Assembly (NCBI GenBank): GCA_965207735.1
Contig: OZ242296.1
Coordinates: forward strand, 4,288,001-4,352,000
Source of the DNA: Candidatus Versatilivorator sp.
Lineage (GTDB): Bacteria; Acidobacteriota; Terriglobia; Versatilivoradales; Versatilivoraceae
Direction: 5' to 3'
DNA length: 64,000 bases
How positions within the stretch are numbered: position 1 is the first letter of the stretch; every line of letters begins with the position of its first letter. The notes beneath the pieces were generated by a model, which was not told the origin of the DNA, ran no database searches, and saw only the letters and a list, made by a program, of their open reading frames with translations. The position numbers were made by a program, and so were the translations under genes. Positions 29,775-39,469 of this stretch are shown piece by piece.

Positions 29775-32057
29775 ATGGCGACAGAGCTCATCGGCTACAG
29801 CGACAAGTTCAGCGCGGCCCCCGGAGAGAAGCTGGCATTCAAGGTCAGCACCGACCTGGCCCGATATGACGTCGCCATCGTGCGCCTCATCCACGGTGAC
29901 GAGAACCCGGCCGGACCGGGCTTCAAGGAGGAAGTAGTCCCCACCCCGGTCGACGGCCCCTACCCCGGTCGAAGGCAGAAAATCCACTGCGGATCCTGGC
30001 TGATGGTTCCCCACCAACCCGCGCTGAGGGATCTGAATTCGTTCACCCTGCAAGCCTGGATCTACCCCACGGGAACCGACAGAGGCGAACGGCAGGGGCT
30101 GGTCTCCAAGGGGTGGTCGACCGATCCGGCCGGGTACGGGCTGACTTTGGGGCCCAAGGGCGACCTGGAGTTGCGGGTGGGCTGCCGGGACGGCGACATC
30201 TGGAGCCTCTCGACCGGCCACGCCCTGCGAGGCCATCACTGGTATTTCGTTGCAGCCTCCATCGATGTCCCCAGCCGGCAGGTCCTTCTGCGCCAGCAAG
30301 AGTGCCTTGGACCCGGTCCGGACACCACCTCTTGCAGCGCCACGGGCACGCTTCCCCCGCAGGCGGCTCTCGACAGCGATGCCCCCTTGCTGATGGCGGC
30401 CGGACGGGCCCAGCGGCTCGACGGACGCATCCTGGGGAAGGAACTCTATGACGGCAAGCTCGACCGCCCCAGTCTCTTCCGACGGGCCCTGGGGGCCGAG
30501 GAGCTGGAGCAGTTGAGACAAGGGGCCTCTCCCCATCAGGTGGGCCGGCAGGATCTGGTCGCCGCCTGGGACTTTTCGAAGGAGATCCACACCTCCCGGG
30601 TCAGGGACCGGGGTCCCAACCAGCTCGACGCCACCGCCGCCAACATGCCGGCCCGGGCCGCCACCGGGCACAACTGGAGCGGACGGGAACCGGACTTCAA
30701 GCGGTCCCCCGCGGAATACGGCGCCATCCATTTCCACAGCGACGATCTGGAGGATGCGGCCTGGCGGACCGACTTCACCCTGGAGGTTCCTCGCGAGCTC
30801 GAGAGCGGCATCTATGCGGCCCGGCTCAGAGGCGCCGATCGGGAAGACCACATCCCCTTCTTCGTCAGGCCCGGTGAGGGGGCGTCGCGGGCTCGGGCGG
30901 CCCTGCTGATCCCCACCCTGACCTACCTGGCTTACGCCAACGAAAGGATGGACTACAGTCCCGGCCTGGCGGCCTTGATGGCCAGCCCGCGGCCGCTCAA
31001 TCGGGACCCGAGAGACCTCTACCTGGTAGACCACCCGGAACTGTCGTCCTCCCTCTACGACTTTCACCGGGACGGCAGCGGCTTCATCCATGCCTCCCGA
31101 TTGCGGCCCATTACCAACCTGCGCCCCAAGTACCGTAAATGGCGGAAGGGAGGCCCCCGCCACCTGGCCGGCGACCTCTACCTGGTCGATTGGCTGGAAA
31201 CCAAGGGATTCGACTGCGACGTCATCACGGATGAGGACCTGAACCATCAAGGCCTGGAACTGTTGCGGGACTACCGGGTCCTGCTGACCGGGACCCATCC
31301 CGAGTACACCACCGGGGCCATGCTCTCGGCCCTGGAGCAGTACCTGGGCCAGGGGGGACGGCTGATGTACCTGGGCGGCAACGGCTTTTACTGGGTCACC
31401 AGTGTGTCCGCGGAAAATCCCCACGTCATGGAGGTCCGGCGGGGGCATGCCGGGTCACGGACCTGGGAATCGGCTCCCGGAGAGGTCCACCACAGCACTA
31501 CCGGGGAGATGGGAGGGCTGTGGCGGCACCGGGGCAAGGCTCCCAACAAGCTGGTGGGAGTAGGCCTTTCCTGCATGGGCTGGAGCACGGAGTCGCCGGG
31601 ATATGCCCGGACTCCGGCCAGTCGCGACCCGCGGGCGGCCTTCATTTTCGAGGGCGTGGGCGAATGCGAGACCATCGGGGACTTCGGGCTGGCCATGGGC
31701 GGAGCCGCCGGAGACGAGCTGGACCGGCTCGACTTCGAGCTGGGGACCCCTCCCCATGCACTCCTGCTGGCCTCCTCCACCGGCCACAACCACCATTACC
31801 AGCAGGTCATCGAGGACATTCCCCAACTCAAGAGCGAACGGGTCTACGGGGGCAGCACCCATCCTCCGATTCGAGCCGACATGGTCTACTTCGAGACGGA
31901 CCACGGAGGGGCGGTCTTCTCGGTGGGGTCGATGAGCTGGTGCGGCAGCCTGTCCCACAACAACTATGACAACAACGTGTCCCGGATTACGGAAAACGTT
32001 TTGAGGACCTTCCTGAGGGGAGACACGGGGGGCCTTGACCCATTGAGATCAGAGTGA
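29775..32057 (+). CDS. N,N-dimethylformamidase large (beta) subunit family protein with LamG-like domain
   Basis: GYSDKFS..PGE, RLIHGD.NP.GPG, GAIHFHSDDL, TYLAYAN, SLYDFHRDGSG, THPEY, MYLGGNGFYW, AAGDELD, GGAVFSVGS. Confidence 0.9.
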   Translation: MATELIGYSDKFSAAPGEKLAFKVSTDLARYDVAIVRLIHGDENPAGPGFKEEVVPTPVDGPYPGRRQKIHCGSWLMVPHQPALRDLNSFTLQAWIYPTGTDRGERQGLVSKGWSTDPAGYGLTLGPKGDLELRVGCRDGDIWSLSTGHALRGHHWYFVAASIDVPSRQVLLRQQECLGPGPDTTSCSATGTLPPQAALDSDAPLLMAAGRAQRLDGRILGKELYDGKLDRPSLFRRALGAEELEQLRQGASPHQVGRQDLVAAWDFSKEIHTSRVRDRGPNQLDATAANMPARAATGHNWSGREPDFKRSPAEYGAIHFHSDDLEDAAWRTDFTLEVPRELESGIYAARLRGADREDHIPFFVRPGEGASRARAALLIPTLTYLAYANERMDYSPGLAALMASPRPLNRDPRDLYLVDHPELSSSLYDFHRDGSGFIHASRLRPITNLRPKYRKWRKGGPRHLAGDLYLVDWLETKGFDCDVITDEDLNHQGLELLRDYRVLLTGTHPEYTTGAMLSALEQYLGQGGRLMYLGGNGFYWVTSVSAENPHVMEVRRGHAGSRTWESAPGEVHHSTTGEMGGLWRHRGKAPNKLVGVGLSCMGWSTESPGYARTPASRDPRAAFIFEGVGECETIGDFGLAMGGAAGDELDRLDFELGTPPHALLLASSTGHNHHYQQVIEDIPQLKSERVYGGSTHPPIRADMVYFETDHGGAVFSVGSMSWCGSLSHNNYDNNVSRITENVLRTFLRGDTGGLDPLRSE

Positions 32058-32115
32058 ATTTCCGATAAAGTAGAGACGTTCGGACAAGGCCTTTTCCACT
32101 CCATCCGCGGCAACC

Positions 32116-34710
32116 GTGAACCGTATGCCGGCAAGACTCCTTCCATGGCTGGTGTTGCAACTGCTGGTGGTATCCCTGCCTGCCTCGTCTTGGGCCGAAT
32201 CCGTCCCCGCTTTCGAAGGCATCCGGCCCATTCTCGAAAAACACTGTCTGGCCTGTCACGACTCCCGGTCACACCAGAGCGGTCTGGTCCTGGAGAGCCC
32301 CCAGGCTGCACTCCAGGGAGGCGCATTGAACGGTCCCGCCGTCATCCCGGGAAAGAGCCGGGAGAGTCCGTTGATTCTCTACCTGACCGGCCACAAGCAA
32401 CCTCGAATGCCCTTGAGCGGCAATCCGCTGAGCGACGAAGAGATTGCCTCGATAGCCGGGTGGATCGATCGACTGCCGCCACTTTCGGAAACCGGAAATC
32501 AGGTGCCGGGATGGCCCTGGCGGGGGTTGAAGGCGCCCGAGATCCCGCGGGTGCGCCAGGATCAGTGGGTGAAGAACCCGATCGATGCCTTCATCCTGGC
32601 CAAGCTGGAGAACCGGAAGCTCACTCCCGCCTCGCCGGCCTCCAAGCGACTCCTGCTGCGGCGCCTCTATTTCGATCTTATCGGCCTGCCCCCGACTTCC
32701 GAGCAGATGCATCGATTCACCAGTGATCCCGACCCCGGCGCATACCGGCAGGAAATCGACCGGCTGCTTCGAGACCCTCGTTACGGCGAGCGCTGGGGGC
32801 GGCATTGGCTGGACATTGTGCGGTACGCCGATACCGACGGCGGCTATGACGGTCCCCTCCCCCACATCTGGCGCTATCGGGACTACGTGGTCCGGGCGTT
32901 CAACCAGGACCGGCCTTTCGACCGCTTCATTCGGGAGCAGATTGCCGGCGACTCCTATCCGCTCTATGGAGAGGAAGGCAAGCTGGGTCTTGGATTCCTG
33001 CACGGCACCGTGTTCAGTGAGGATGGCGTGCGGCGCGACGCCCTCAACGACATCGTCAACACCACCGCTTCGGCCTTTCTGGGACTGACTCTGGCCTGCG
33101 CCCGCTGTCACGATCACAAGTACGATCCCATCCCCATCCGTGACTACTATCGGATGGAGGCCTTCTTCGCACCGGTCAAGCTCAGCACCATGGAAGTACC
33201 CTTCAGCCAGTACGAGCTGCCCGGCCGCGACTCCAAGGCCTGGGAAGACAGCAAGGCCTACTGGGAAGGGCTGCTCAAGCGCCAGAAGGAGTTCCGCGAA
33301 GAGACCACTGCCAAATTCAAGGAACGCCTGGAAAAGGCTCGCTTCCTGCAGGCTTTTCAAGATCTCAAGGAACTGCCTCCCTTGAGCAACAGTCCCGTGA
33401 ACGGAGACCTCAAACGGGCAGCCCTCGAGGGCGTCCTCCTGAATGAGCAGGAACAGGCGCTCTACCACCTGATGCGCAAGCAGACCACCGCCTATCGCAA
33501 TCCGCACAGCCCCGACTACTTCAAGGCCAAGGCCCACTCGGCGTCGGCCTCGCTGGGCCTGAACTACGCGGCCATGGGAAGAGATGCCGGAGGCCTTCCG
33601 GATCCACCGACCACCTTTGTGCTGGAGGGAGGAGATCCCAAGAAGCGGGGCGAGGTGGTCCAGCCGGGATTTCTCAGTGCCCTGACCGGCCACTCGGAAC
33701 CGGCCGGGCTGGAAGAGGTTGGCCACGACGGGGTCTCCCGCCCCATCCGCAACCCCACCAAGGTCTTGGCCGAGTGGATCGCCAGCCCTGAAAATCCGCT
33801 GACGGCCCGGGTGATGGTCAATCGGATCTGGCAGCATCATTTCGGCCGAGGGCTGGTCGGGACCCCCAACGATTTTGGCCGCAACGGCTCCGGCACCGAC
33901 TACCCGGAACTCATCGACTGGCTGGCCACCCGGTTTATCCGGAGCGGTTGGAGCGTCAAATCCATGCACCGGCTCATTCTGCAGTCCAACACCTACCGTC
34001 AGTCGATGCATCATCCGGAATTCGACCGTTTCCGGAAGATCGACCCCGAGAATCGCTATTACTGGCGATGGAACATGTTGCGGCTGGAAGCCGAGGCCAT
34101 CCGCGACAGCGTCCTGGCGGTGAGCGGCCGGTTGAATCCGCTCATGGGAGGACCCGGATTTTTTCCCAGGATCGACAAGGACTTGTTGGAAGGGGCAGTG
34201 ACCTGGTTCGAGCCTTCCCCTCCCGAGGCGAGAAATCGGCGCAGCCTTTACATGTACCAGCAGCGCAGCCTGGTGTTACCCCTGGTGAAGGTCTTTGACG
34301 GCACCCAACTGGACGAGAGCTGTGCCGCCAGGGAGGTCACCACGGTGACCCCCCAGGTTTTCGTCCTCTTCAACAGTCGGTTTGCCCACGAGCAGAGCCG
34401 CGAGCTGGCCGGCAGGATCATTGCAGAGGTTGGGGATAATCCCGGACAACAGCTCGAGCAAGCCTTCCAACTCGCCCTGCAACGCTCCCCCACTCCTTCG
34501 GAACGAACCGACGGCCTGGAGTTTCTGGGAGCCGCTCAACAGGTTTCGGGTGATCTGAAGGATACCGTGAGTCTGACCGCGGGCGGGGGCGGTTCGATCG
34601 ACGACGACCGGAAAAATCCCGCCGCACGGCAGAAAAAGCATGCAGGGGGAACCTTGGCCGATCTCTGTCTGGCCCTGTTCAACCTGAACGAATTCATCTA
34701 TATCGAGTAA
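32116..34710 (+). CDS. Planctomycete cytochrome c (PSCyt1) plus DUF1549 plus DUF1553 protein
   Basis: Signal peptide; CLACH; NPIDAFI; YGERWGRHWLDIVRYAD; CARCHDHKYDP; NPLTARVMVNRIWQHHFGRG; RLEAEAIRDSVL. Confidence 0.92.
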   Translation: MNRMPARLLPWLVLQLLVVSLPASSWAESVPAFEGIRPILEKHCLACHDSRSHQSGLVLESPQAALQGGALNGPAVIPGKSRESPLILYLTGHKQPRMPLSGNPLSDEEIASIAGWIDRLPPLSETGNQVPGWPWRGLKAPEIPRVRQDQWVKNPIDAFILAKLENRKLTPASPASKRLLLRRLYFDLIGLPPTSEQMHRFTSDPDPGAYRQEIDRLLRDPRYGERWGRHWLDIVRYADTDGGYDGPLPHIWRYRDYVVRAFNQDRPFDRFIREQIAGDSYPLYGEEGKLGLGFLHGTVFSEDGVRRDALNDIVNTTASAFLGLTLACARCHDHKYDPIPIRDYYRMEAFFAPVKLSTMEVPFSQYELPGRDSKAWEDSKAYWEGLLKRQKEFREETTAKFKERLEKARFLQAFQDLKELPPLSNSPVNGDLKRAALEGVLLNEQEQALYHLMRKQTTAYRNPHSPDYFKAKAHSASASLGLNYAAMGRDAGGLPDPPTTFVLEGGDPKKRGEVVQPGFLSALTGHSEPAGLEEVGHDGVSRPIRNPTKVLAEWIASPENPLTARVMVNRIWQHHFGRGLVGTPNDFGRNGSGTDYPELIDWLATRFIRSGWSVKSMHRLILQSNTYRQSMHHPEFDRFRKIDPENRYYWRWNMLRLEAEAIRDSVLAVSGRLNPLMGGPGFFPRIDKDLLEGAVTWFEPSPPEARNRRSLYMYQQRSLVLPLVKVFDGTQLDESCAAREVTTVTPQVFVLFNSRFAHEQSRELAGRIIAEVGDNPGQQLEQAFQLALQRSPTPSERTDGLEFLGAAQQVSGDLKDTVSLTAGGGGSIDDDRKNPAARQKKHAGGTLADLCLALFNLNEFIYIE

Positions 34711-34762
34711 TTGCAACGCGGGAGGATGAGCCCGCTCATCCCCGACAAGGAGAACCCTCACC

Positions 34763-36217
34763 ATGGCTTACGGTCTGCCGAAATGGAACCCCGTCCCGAG
34801 CCGCATGAGCAGTCCGCAGACGGGACCCGTGGGACGCCGGCACTTCCTCTTGCAGGGTGGAGCCGGATTGGGGGGTTTGGCCCTGTCCTACCTGCTGCAA
34901 AGAGAGTCTCTGTTGGCCTCGGAATCTCCCGCCAGCCCACTGGCCCCCAAGCCCCCTCACGTGACGGCCAAGGCCAAGTCCTGCATCTTCCTGTTCATGG
35001 GCGGGGGTCCCGGCCACATGGACACTTTCGACCCCAAACCGGATCTCACCCGGCACCACGGAACGGTTGCCAGCGGCGGACCGGACCAACCCGAAGGCTC
35101 CAAGCTCCTCTATATCGGCAGTCCCTTTCGGTTCAGCAAACGGGGAAAGAGCGGCATCGAGGTCTCCGAGCTTTTCCCTCATTTGGGCGAGTGGGTCGAC
35201 GAAATGTCGGTGGTTCGGTCTCTTTACACCGACAGCGACAACCACACCGCCGGTACCCTGCTCATGAACCTGGGCCGCCCCATGCCGGGCAGTCCCTCCC
35301 TGGGTTCCTGGATGGTCTATGGCCTGGGCACCGAGAACCAGGATTTGCCTGCCTTTGTGGTCTTGCCCGATTACCGTTTTATCCACGGTCCCCAAAATTG
35401 GTCCAACGGATATCTGCCGGCCATTTATCAGGGCACCCTGCTGAATCTGGTAGGACCGCCCATCGTCGATCTGAAGCCGCCTGAAGGGGTGACCCGACCC
35501 CGACAAGCGGCTAATCTGCGCCTGATCAACAAGTGGAATCGAGACCATCTGCGTTCCGTTCCGGTCAAGGATGACCTACAGGCTCGCATCCGCAACTATG
35601 AGCTGGCCTTCCGGATGCAGACCTCGGTCCCCGAGGCCCTGGACCTGGAGAAGGAACCCGAGAGCATTCGGGAACTCTATGGCTTGAACAACGCCGTCAC
35701 CGAGCCCATGGGACGAAAGTGCCTGATGGCCAGGCGGATGGTGGAGCGCGGCGTCCGATTCATCCAGGTTTTCAACAGCAGTTGGGATTCCCACTTCGAT
35801 CTCACCAAGGAGCACTCCCGCAAGGGTCTGGAAACCGACCGTCCGATCGCGGGCCTTCTGCAGGACCTGAAACAGCGAGGCCTGCTGGACGAAACCCTGG
35901 TGGTCTGGGGCGGCGAATTCGGGCGCACCCCCGCAAGCGGCCGCGGCCTGGTGAAAGAGACCATGGGGCGCGAGCACAACAAGGAAGCCATGGTGATGTG
36001 GTTTGCCGGCGGGGGCGTCAAGCCGGGGACCGTGGTGGGAGCGACCGACGAAATGGGACGACGGGCCGTTGAATCCCGCTATCACATTCACGATCTGCAT
36101 GCCACCATCCTCCACTTGATGGGGTTGGACGATATGCGCCTGACCTACTATCACGGCGGGCGTTTCAAACGTCTCACCGATCTGGGCGGTCACTTGATCA
36201 AGGAGATGATCGCCTGA
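34763..36217 (+). CDS. DUF1501 family protein, Tat-exported
   Basis: GRRHFL leader; AKSCIFLFMGGGPGHMDTFDPKP, WDSH, WGGEFGRTP, GREHN, HDLHATILHLMG. The start may be about 40 bp later. Confidence 0.9.
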   Translation: MAYGLPKWNPVPSRMSSPQTGPVGRRHFLLQGGAGLGGLALSYLLQRESLLASESPASPLAPKPPHVTAKAKSCIFLFMGGGPGHMDTFDPKPDLTRHHGTVASGGPDQPEGSKLLYIGSPFRFSKRGKSGIEVSELFPHLGEWVDEMSVVRSLYTDSDNHTAGTLLMNLGRPMPGSPSLGSWMVYGLGTENQDLPAFVVLPDYRFIHGPQNWSNGYLPAIYQGTLLNLVGPPIVDLKPPEGVTRPRQAANLRLINKWNRDHLRSVPVKDDLQARIRNYELAFRMQTSVPEALDLEKEPESIRELYGLNNAVTEPMGRKCLMARRMVERGVRFIQVFNSSWDSHFDLTKEHSRKGLETDRPIAGLLQDLKQRGLLDETLVVWGGEFGRTPASGRGLVKETMGREHNKEAMVMWFAGGGVKPGTVVGATDEMGRRAVESRYHIHDLHATILHLMGLDDMRLTYYHGGRFKRLTDLGGHLIKEMIA

Positions 36218-37917
36218 TGGAAACCATCAGCCGGCGCGGCTTTCTGGCCACGGGTGTCGCCGGAGCCGCCCATCTGCTGCGGCCTGCCGCTGCTCTCCCT
36301 TCCAGGATTGCCTCTCCCGGGAAACGTCGCCTCCTGTTCAACTGGGACGGCTCCATGATCCACTGCTGGGGACGCACCGCCCTGCCGCACTCCAAAAGCC
36401 CTCTGACCCGCGACCAGTTCACTTCTCTGGTGTTCACTCCCATTGAAGACTCGGCCGTGGATACCGTGCTTTTCAGCTTCGGCAGCGGTAACGTGGCCGA
36501 GTACCAGAGCCGGGTACTGGAGTGGCCGGGAGAAGCCGACAACTTCCGATTCCCCGAGGAAAGAACCTGGCACGCCGGCATCCCGGTGGACCCCAAGGAT
36601 CAGTACCGGAACCCGAAGTCGCTGGCTGACGCCGGACACAATCCCCCGGCGGTTGTGGTCCAGGAGTGCCACCGCCGAGGCCTGGAGGCCTTTGTTTCCC
36701 TGCGCATGAACGATTGCCACGATGCCCTCCGTGGGCGCGGGCAGTTGCCCAACCCGGAACTGCCCACCTTCAAACGTCTCAATCCCGATTGGCTTTCCAA
36801 TCTGCGTTGGTGGACGGCGCTCAATTTTGAAAAACCTCAGGTCCGCGATCTCAAGCTGCGAGTGATCGAGGAATTTTTCGATCGCTGGGATTTCGACGGC
36901 ATCGAGTTGGACTGGCTTCGCCACACCTTGAACTTTCCCCGGGGAACGGAACGTGAGAACGCCAAACACCTCAACAGCTTCATGCGCTCGGTGCGCCGCA
37001 GTCTGCGAGAACGAGGCCGACGCCGCGGTAGACCCATTGAGCTGGGCGTACGGGTTCCGGAACGCCTGGAGTGGTGTCTGGAAGGAGGTTACGACCTCCC
37101 AACCTGGATTTCCGAGGACTTGGTGGATTTTCTGATCCTGGGACAGGGATTGACCGAACTGCCGGAATTGAAAGAGTTTCGACAACCGATGACCCACAAA
37201 AACCTGCCCATCTATCCCTGCCTCTACATGTACGGCAATGGATACCGAATCAGTCCCGATGCCGTGATCCGAGGCAGCGCGGCCAACCTCTGGCGGGACG
37301 GAGCCGACGGTCTCTACACCTTCAACTGGTTCACCTACGGGTCATGGCGGAAGCCTCTGTTGGATGAGATTGCCGATCCGAAAACCCTGTCAAAAACAAC
37401 CAAGCACTATACAACCGTCCATCGATTCGACTCGACGCCCTTTACTCCCGTAACCGACTCCATTCGCTACAACACTGCCCTCCGGGATGCCCCGCTCCCT
37501 TTCGACCTGATCCCCAACGGCAAGGCAAAGACCCTGCTGGTTCCCATCGCGGATAACCCGAGATCCAGGATGAACCGCCCCCGGAAGGCTGAGTTGTGGA
37601 TCGGCATGCATTACCACAGGACGGGAGATGTCTTGAACCTCGTACTCAACGGGCAGCCACTGGAACCCGGGGAACAGCACATATCCAGCCACTGGCAGCA
37701 GGTAGGTTACGAGGTCAGTCCGCCGACCGAAGAGGGAATCCTGGGCTTTCCCGCCGGAGAATCGTACGACATGCGGTTCAGGGCCCTGCGGCTCGACCTT
37801 CCCGTCAACAGGCTCAAGAAGGGCCGCAACCGGCTGGATCTCAAGCTGTCAGCCCGCGGCGCCGGATCGGACAAACCCTTGCGAGTCACCCGGGTGGAGG
37901 TGTTGGCCGAGGCTTGA
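36217..37917 (+). CDS. Tat-exported GHL10/DUF187-like TIM-barrel protein
   Basis: SRRGFL; LFNWDG, FVSLRMNDCH, FDGIELDWLRH, GADGLYTFN; translationally coupled (TGATG) to the DUF1501 gene. Confidence 0.7.
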   Translation: METISRRGFLATGVAGAAHLLRPAAALPSRIASPGKRRLLFNWDGSMIHCWGRTALPHSKSPLTRDQFTSLVFTPIEDSAVDTVLFSFGSGNVAEYQSRVLEWPGEADNFRFPEERTWHAGIPVDPKDQYRNPKSLADAGHNPPAVVVQECHRRGLEAFVSLRMNDCHDALRGRGQLPNPELPTFKRLNPDWLSNLRWWTALNFEKPQVRDLKLRVIEEFFDRWDFDGIELDWLRHTLNFPRGTERENAKHLNSFMRSVRRSLRERGRRRGRPIELGVRVPERLEWCLEGGYDLPTWISEDLVDFLILGQGLTELPELKEFRQPMTHKNLPIYPCLYMYGNGYRISPDAVIRGSAANLWRDGADGLYTFNWFTYGSWRKPLLDEIADPKTLSKTTKHYTTVHRFDSTPFTPVTDSIRYNTALRDAPLPFDLIPNGKAKTLLVPIADNPRSRMNRPRKAELWIGMHYHRTGDVLNLVLNGQPLEPGEQHISSHWQQVGYEVSPPTEEGILGFPAGESYDMRFRALRLDLPVNRLKKGRNRLDLKLSARGAGSDKPLRVTRVEVLAEA

Positions 37918-38008
37918 CAAGAGATCGGACAACCGCCGGCGGCAGCCGATCGACCCGTTCCGTCTCTTACAGTCGAGTAACGGCGAAGATGGAGGGGAAG
38001 AACCGGAA

Positions 38009-38878
38009 ATGAACACTTCAAAGCTCAGTTCCGCGGAACTGGACCGGCATGCCGCCAAGCTGGTCGAGGAGGGCTACACCATCATCCCCGAGGTGTTGTC
38101 CCGGGCAGATCTGGACAAGGCCAGACGGGCCATCGACGAGACCCTGGAGGCGGAAGCCGCCACCGCCCGCCGGTACGGCCTGCAGAATGAGAACCTCCTG
38201 ATGTGCTACAACGCCCAGGGCAAACACCCTCAATTCCCGGGCATGTTGACCCGATACCCCGAACCGCTCCTGGTGGCGCGCCGGGTGCTGGGGGAGGACA
38301 TGTTCGCTCACAACCTGGCTATCCGCAAACCACTGCCGACCGGCAAGAAGGACTGGACCAAGCTGGGCGGCTACCTGCATGCCGACTGGCACCACTTTAC
38401 GGTCAACCCCTTCATCGGCGGCAAACATTACCCGCTGGCCGTGCAGTCGGTCTGGTGCGTTTCCGAGTTCACCCGGCAGAACGGCGCCACCTACGTCTGG
38501 CCCGGGTCCCACCTGTCTCTGGAAGTCCCCCCGGAACAGCCACGGACCCTGCCGGAGGGGTGGATTCGAGCCGAGGCCCCGGCCGGTTCCGCCATTCTCT
38601 GGGACTCGGCCCTCTGGCACACCAGCGGCGCCAACTGCGGCACCGCGCCCCGCTACTCGCTGGTGTTCTACTTCCAGCGCTGGTGGGTCCGAGGCTTCAA
38701 CGACGCCTACCGGCTGTGCCCCCCGGAGGCCAGGGCGCGCATGACGGAGGAGGAGCGCCGCATCTGGGGATTGGAAGCCGCGGTCCCGCCCAATACCCAT
38801 TTCCGCGGAATGACACCGGAACAGATCGAAGCCCTCACGCCCGAGGAAAAGGCGGTCCTGAACATCGCGGCCTTCTGA
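38009..38878 (+). CDS. PhyH family Fe/2OG dioxygenase
   Basis: EEGYTIIPEVL, canonical LHADW, NGAT.VWPGSH, LWHTSG, RYSL. Confidence 0.88.
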   Translation: MNTSKLSSAELDRHAAKLVEEGYTIIPEVLSRADLDKARRAIDETLEAEAATARRYGLQNENLLMCYNAQGKHPQFPGMLTRYPEPLLVARRVLGEDMFAHNLAIRKPLPTGKKDWTKLGGYLHADWHHFTVNPFIGGKHYPLAVQSVWCVSEFTRQNGATYVWPGSHLSLEVPPEQPRTLPEGWIRAEAPAGSAILWDSALWHTSGANCGTAPRYSLVFYFQRWWVRGFNDAYRLCPPEARARMTEEERRIWGLEAAVPPNTHFRGMTPEQIEALTPEEKAVLNIAAF

Positions 38879-39022
38879 TGGAAGTGTCGTCGACTTCATG
38901 ACACGCGCCGATGCGCTTTGCAAGACCAGCACCGGGGTCCGGTTTATGGGTCACTTGTCGGAGCATGAATACCTGCTTGGATGAGCCAAATTCTTGCTAG
39001 ACTGGCTCCTCAAGGGATGCCC

Positions 39023-39250
39023 ATGGGTACCATCGTTTTCGACACCCGCGCTATCGTGAAGGAGTTGGCCGAGGCCGGCATGCCGGAGAAGCAGGCCGAC
39101 GTGCTGGCTCGCTCGCAAGCCACGCTGATCAATGAGACGCTGGCCACCAAGCAGGATTTGAAAGAACTGGAACTACGCTTGACGATACGCCTCGGCTCCA
39201 TGATGGTGGTTGCAATCGGCGCGGTCGCCGCCTTGGTGAAGCTGCTGTAA
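39023..39250 (+). CDS. DUF1640 (CCDC90-like) small coiled-coil protein with C-terminal transmembrane helix
   Basis: FDTRAIVKELAEAGMPEKQA, LATKQDLKELELRLTIRLG, hydrophobic tail. Confidence 0.8.
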   Translation: MGTIVFDTRAIVKELAEAGMPEKQADVLARSQATLINETLATKQDLKELELRLTIRLGSMMVVAIGAVAALVKLL

Positions 39251-39302
39251 CCGACGATTCTTTCTCCTAAGGAACTACCTCGTTTTACCACCGCGAGTAC
39301 AC

Positions 39303-39464
39303 CCGGAACAGCCGCAGACACTCCCTGGCGGTTGGATTCGAGCCGAGACCCCGGCTGTTTCCGCCATCCTCTGGGACTCGGCCCTCCGGCACACCAGCGG
39401 AGCCAACTACGGCACGGCGCCCCGGTACTCGCTGGTGTTCTACTTTCAGCGCGGGTGGGTACGG
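39303..39464 (+). pseudogene. Diverged 162-bp fragment paralogous to the PhyH gene at 38009
   Basis: Colinear with 38531-38692: PEQPQTLPGGWIRAETPAVSAILWDSALRHTSGANYGTAPRYSLVFYFQRGWVR. Confidence 0.9.
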
Positions 39465-39469
39465 ACCTG

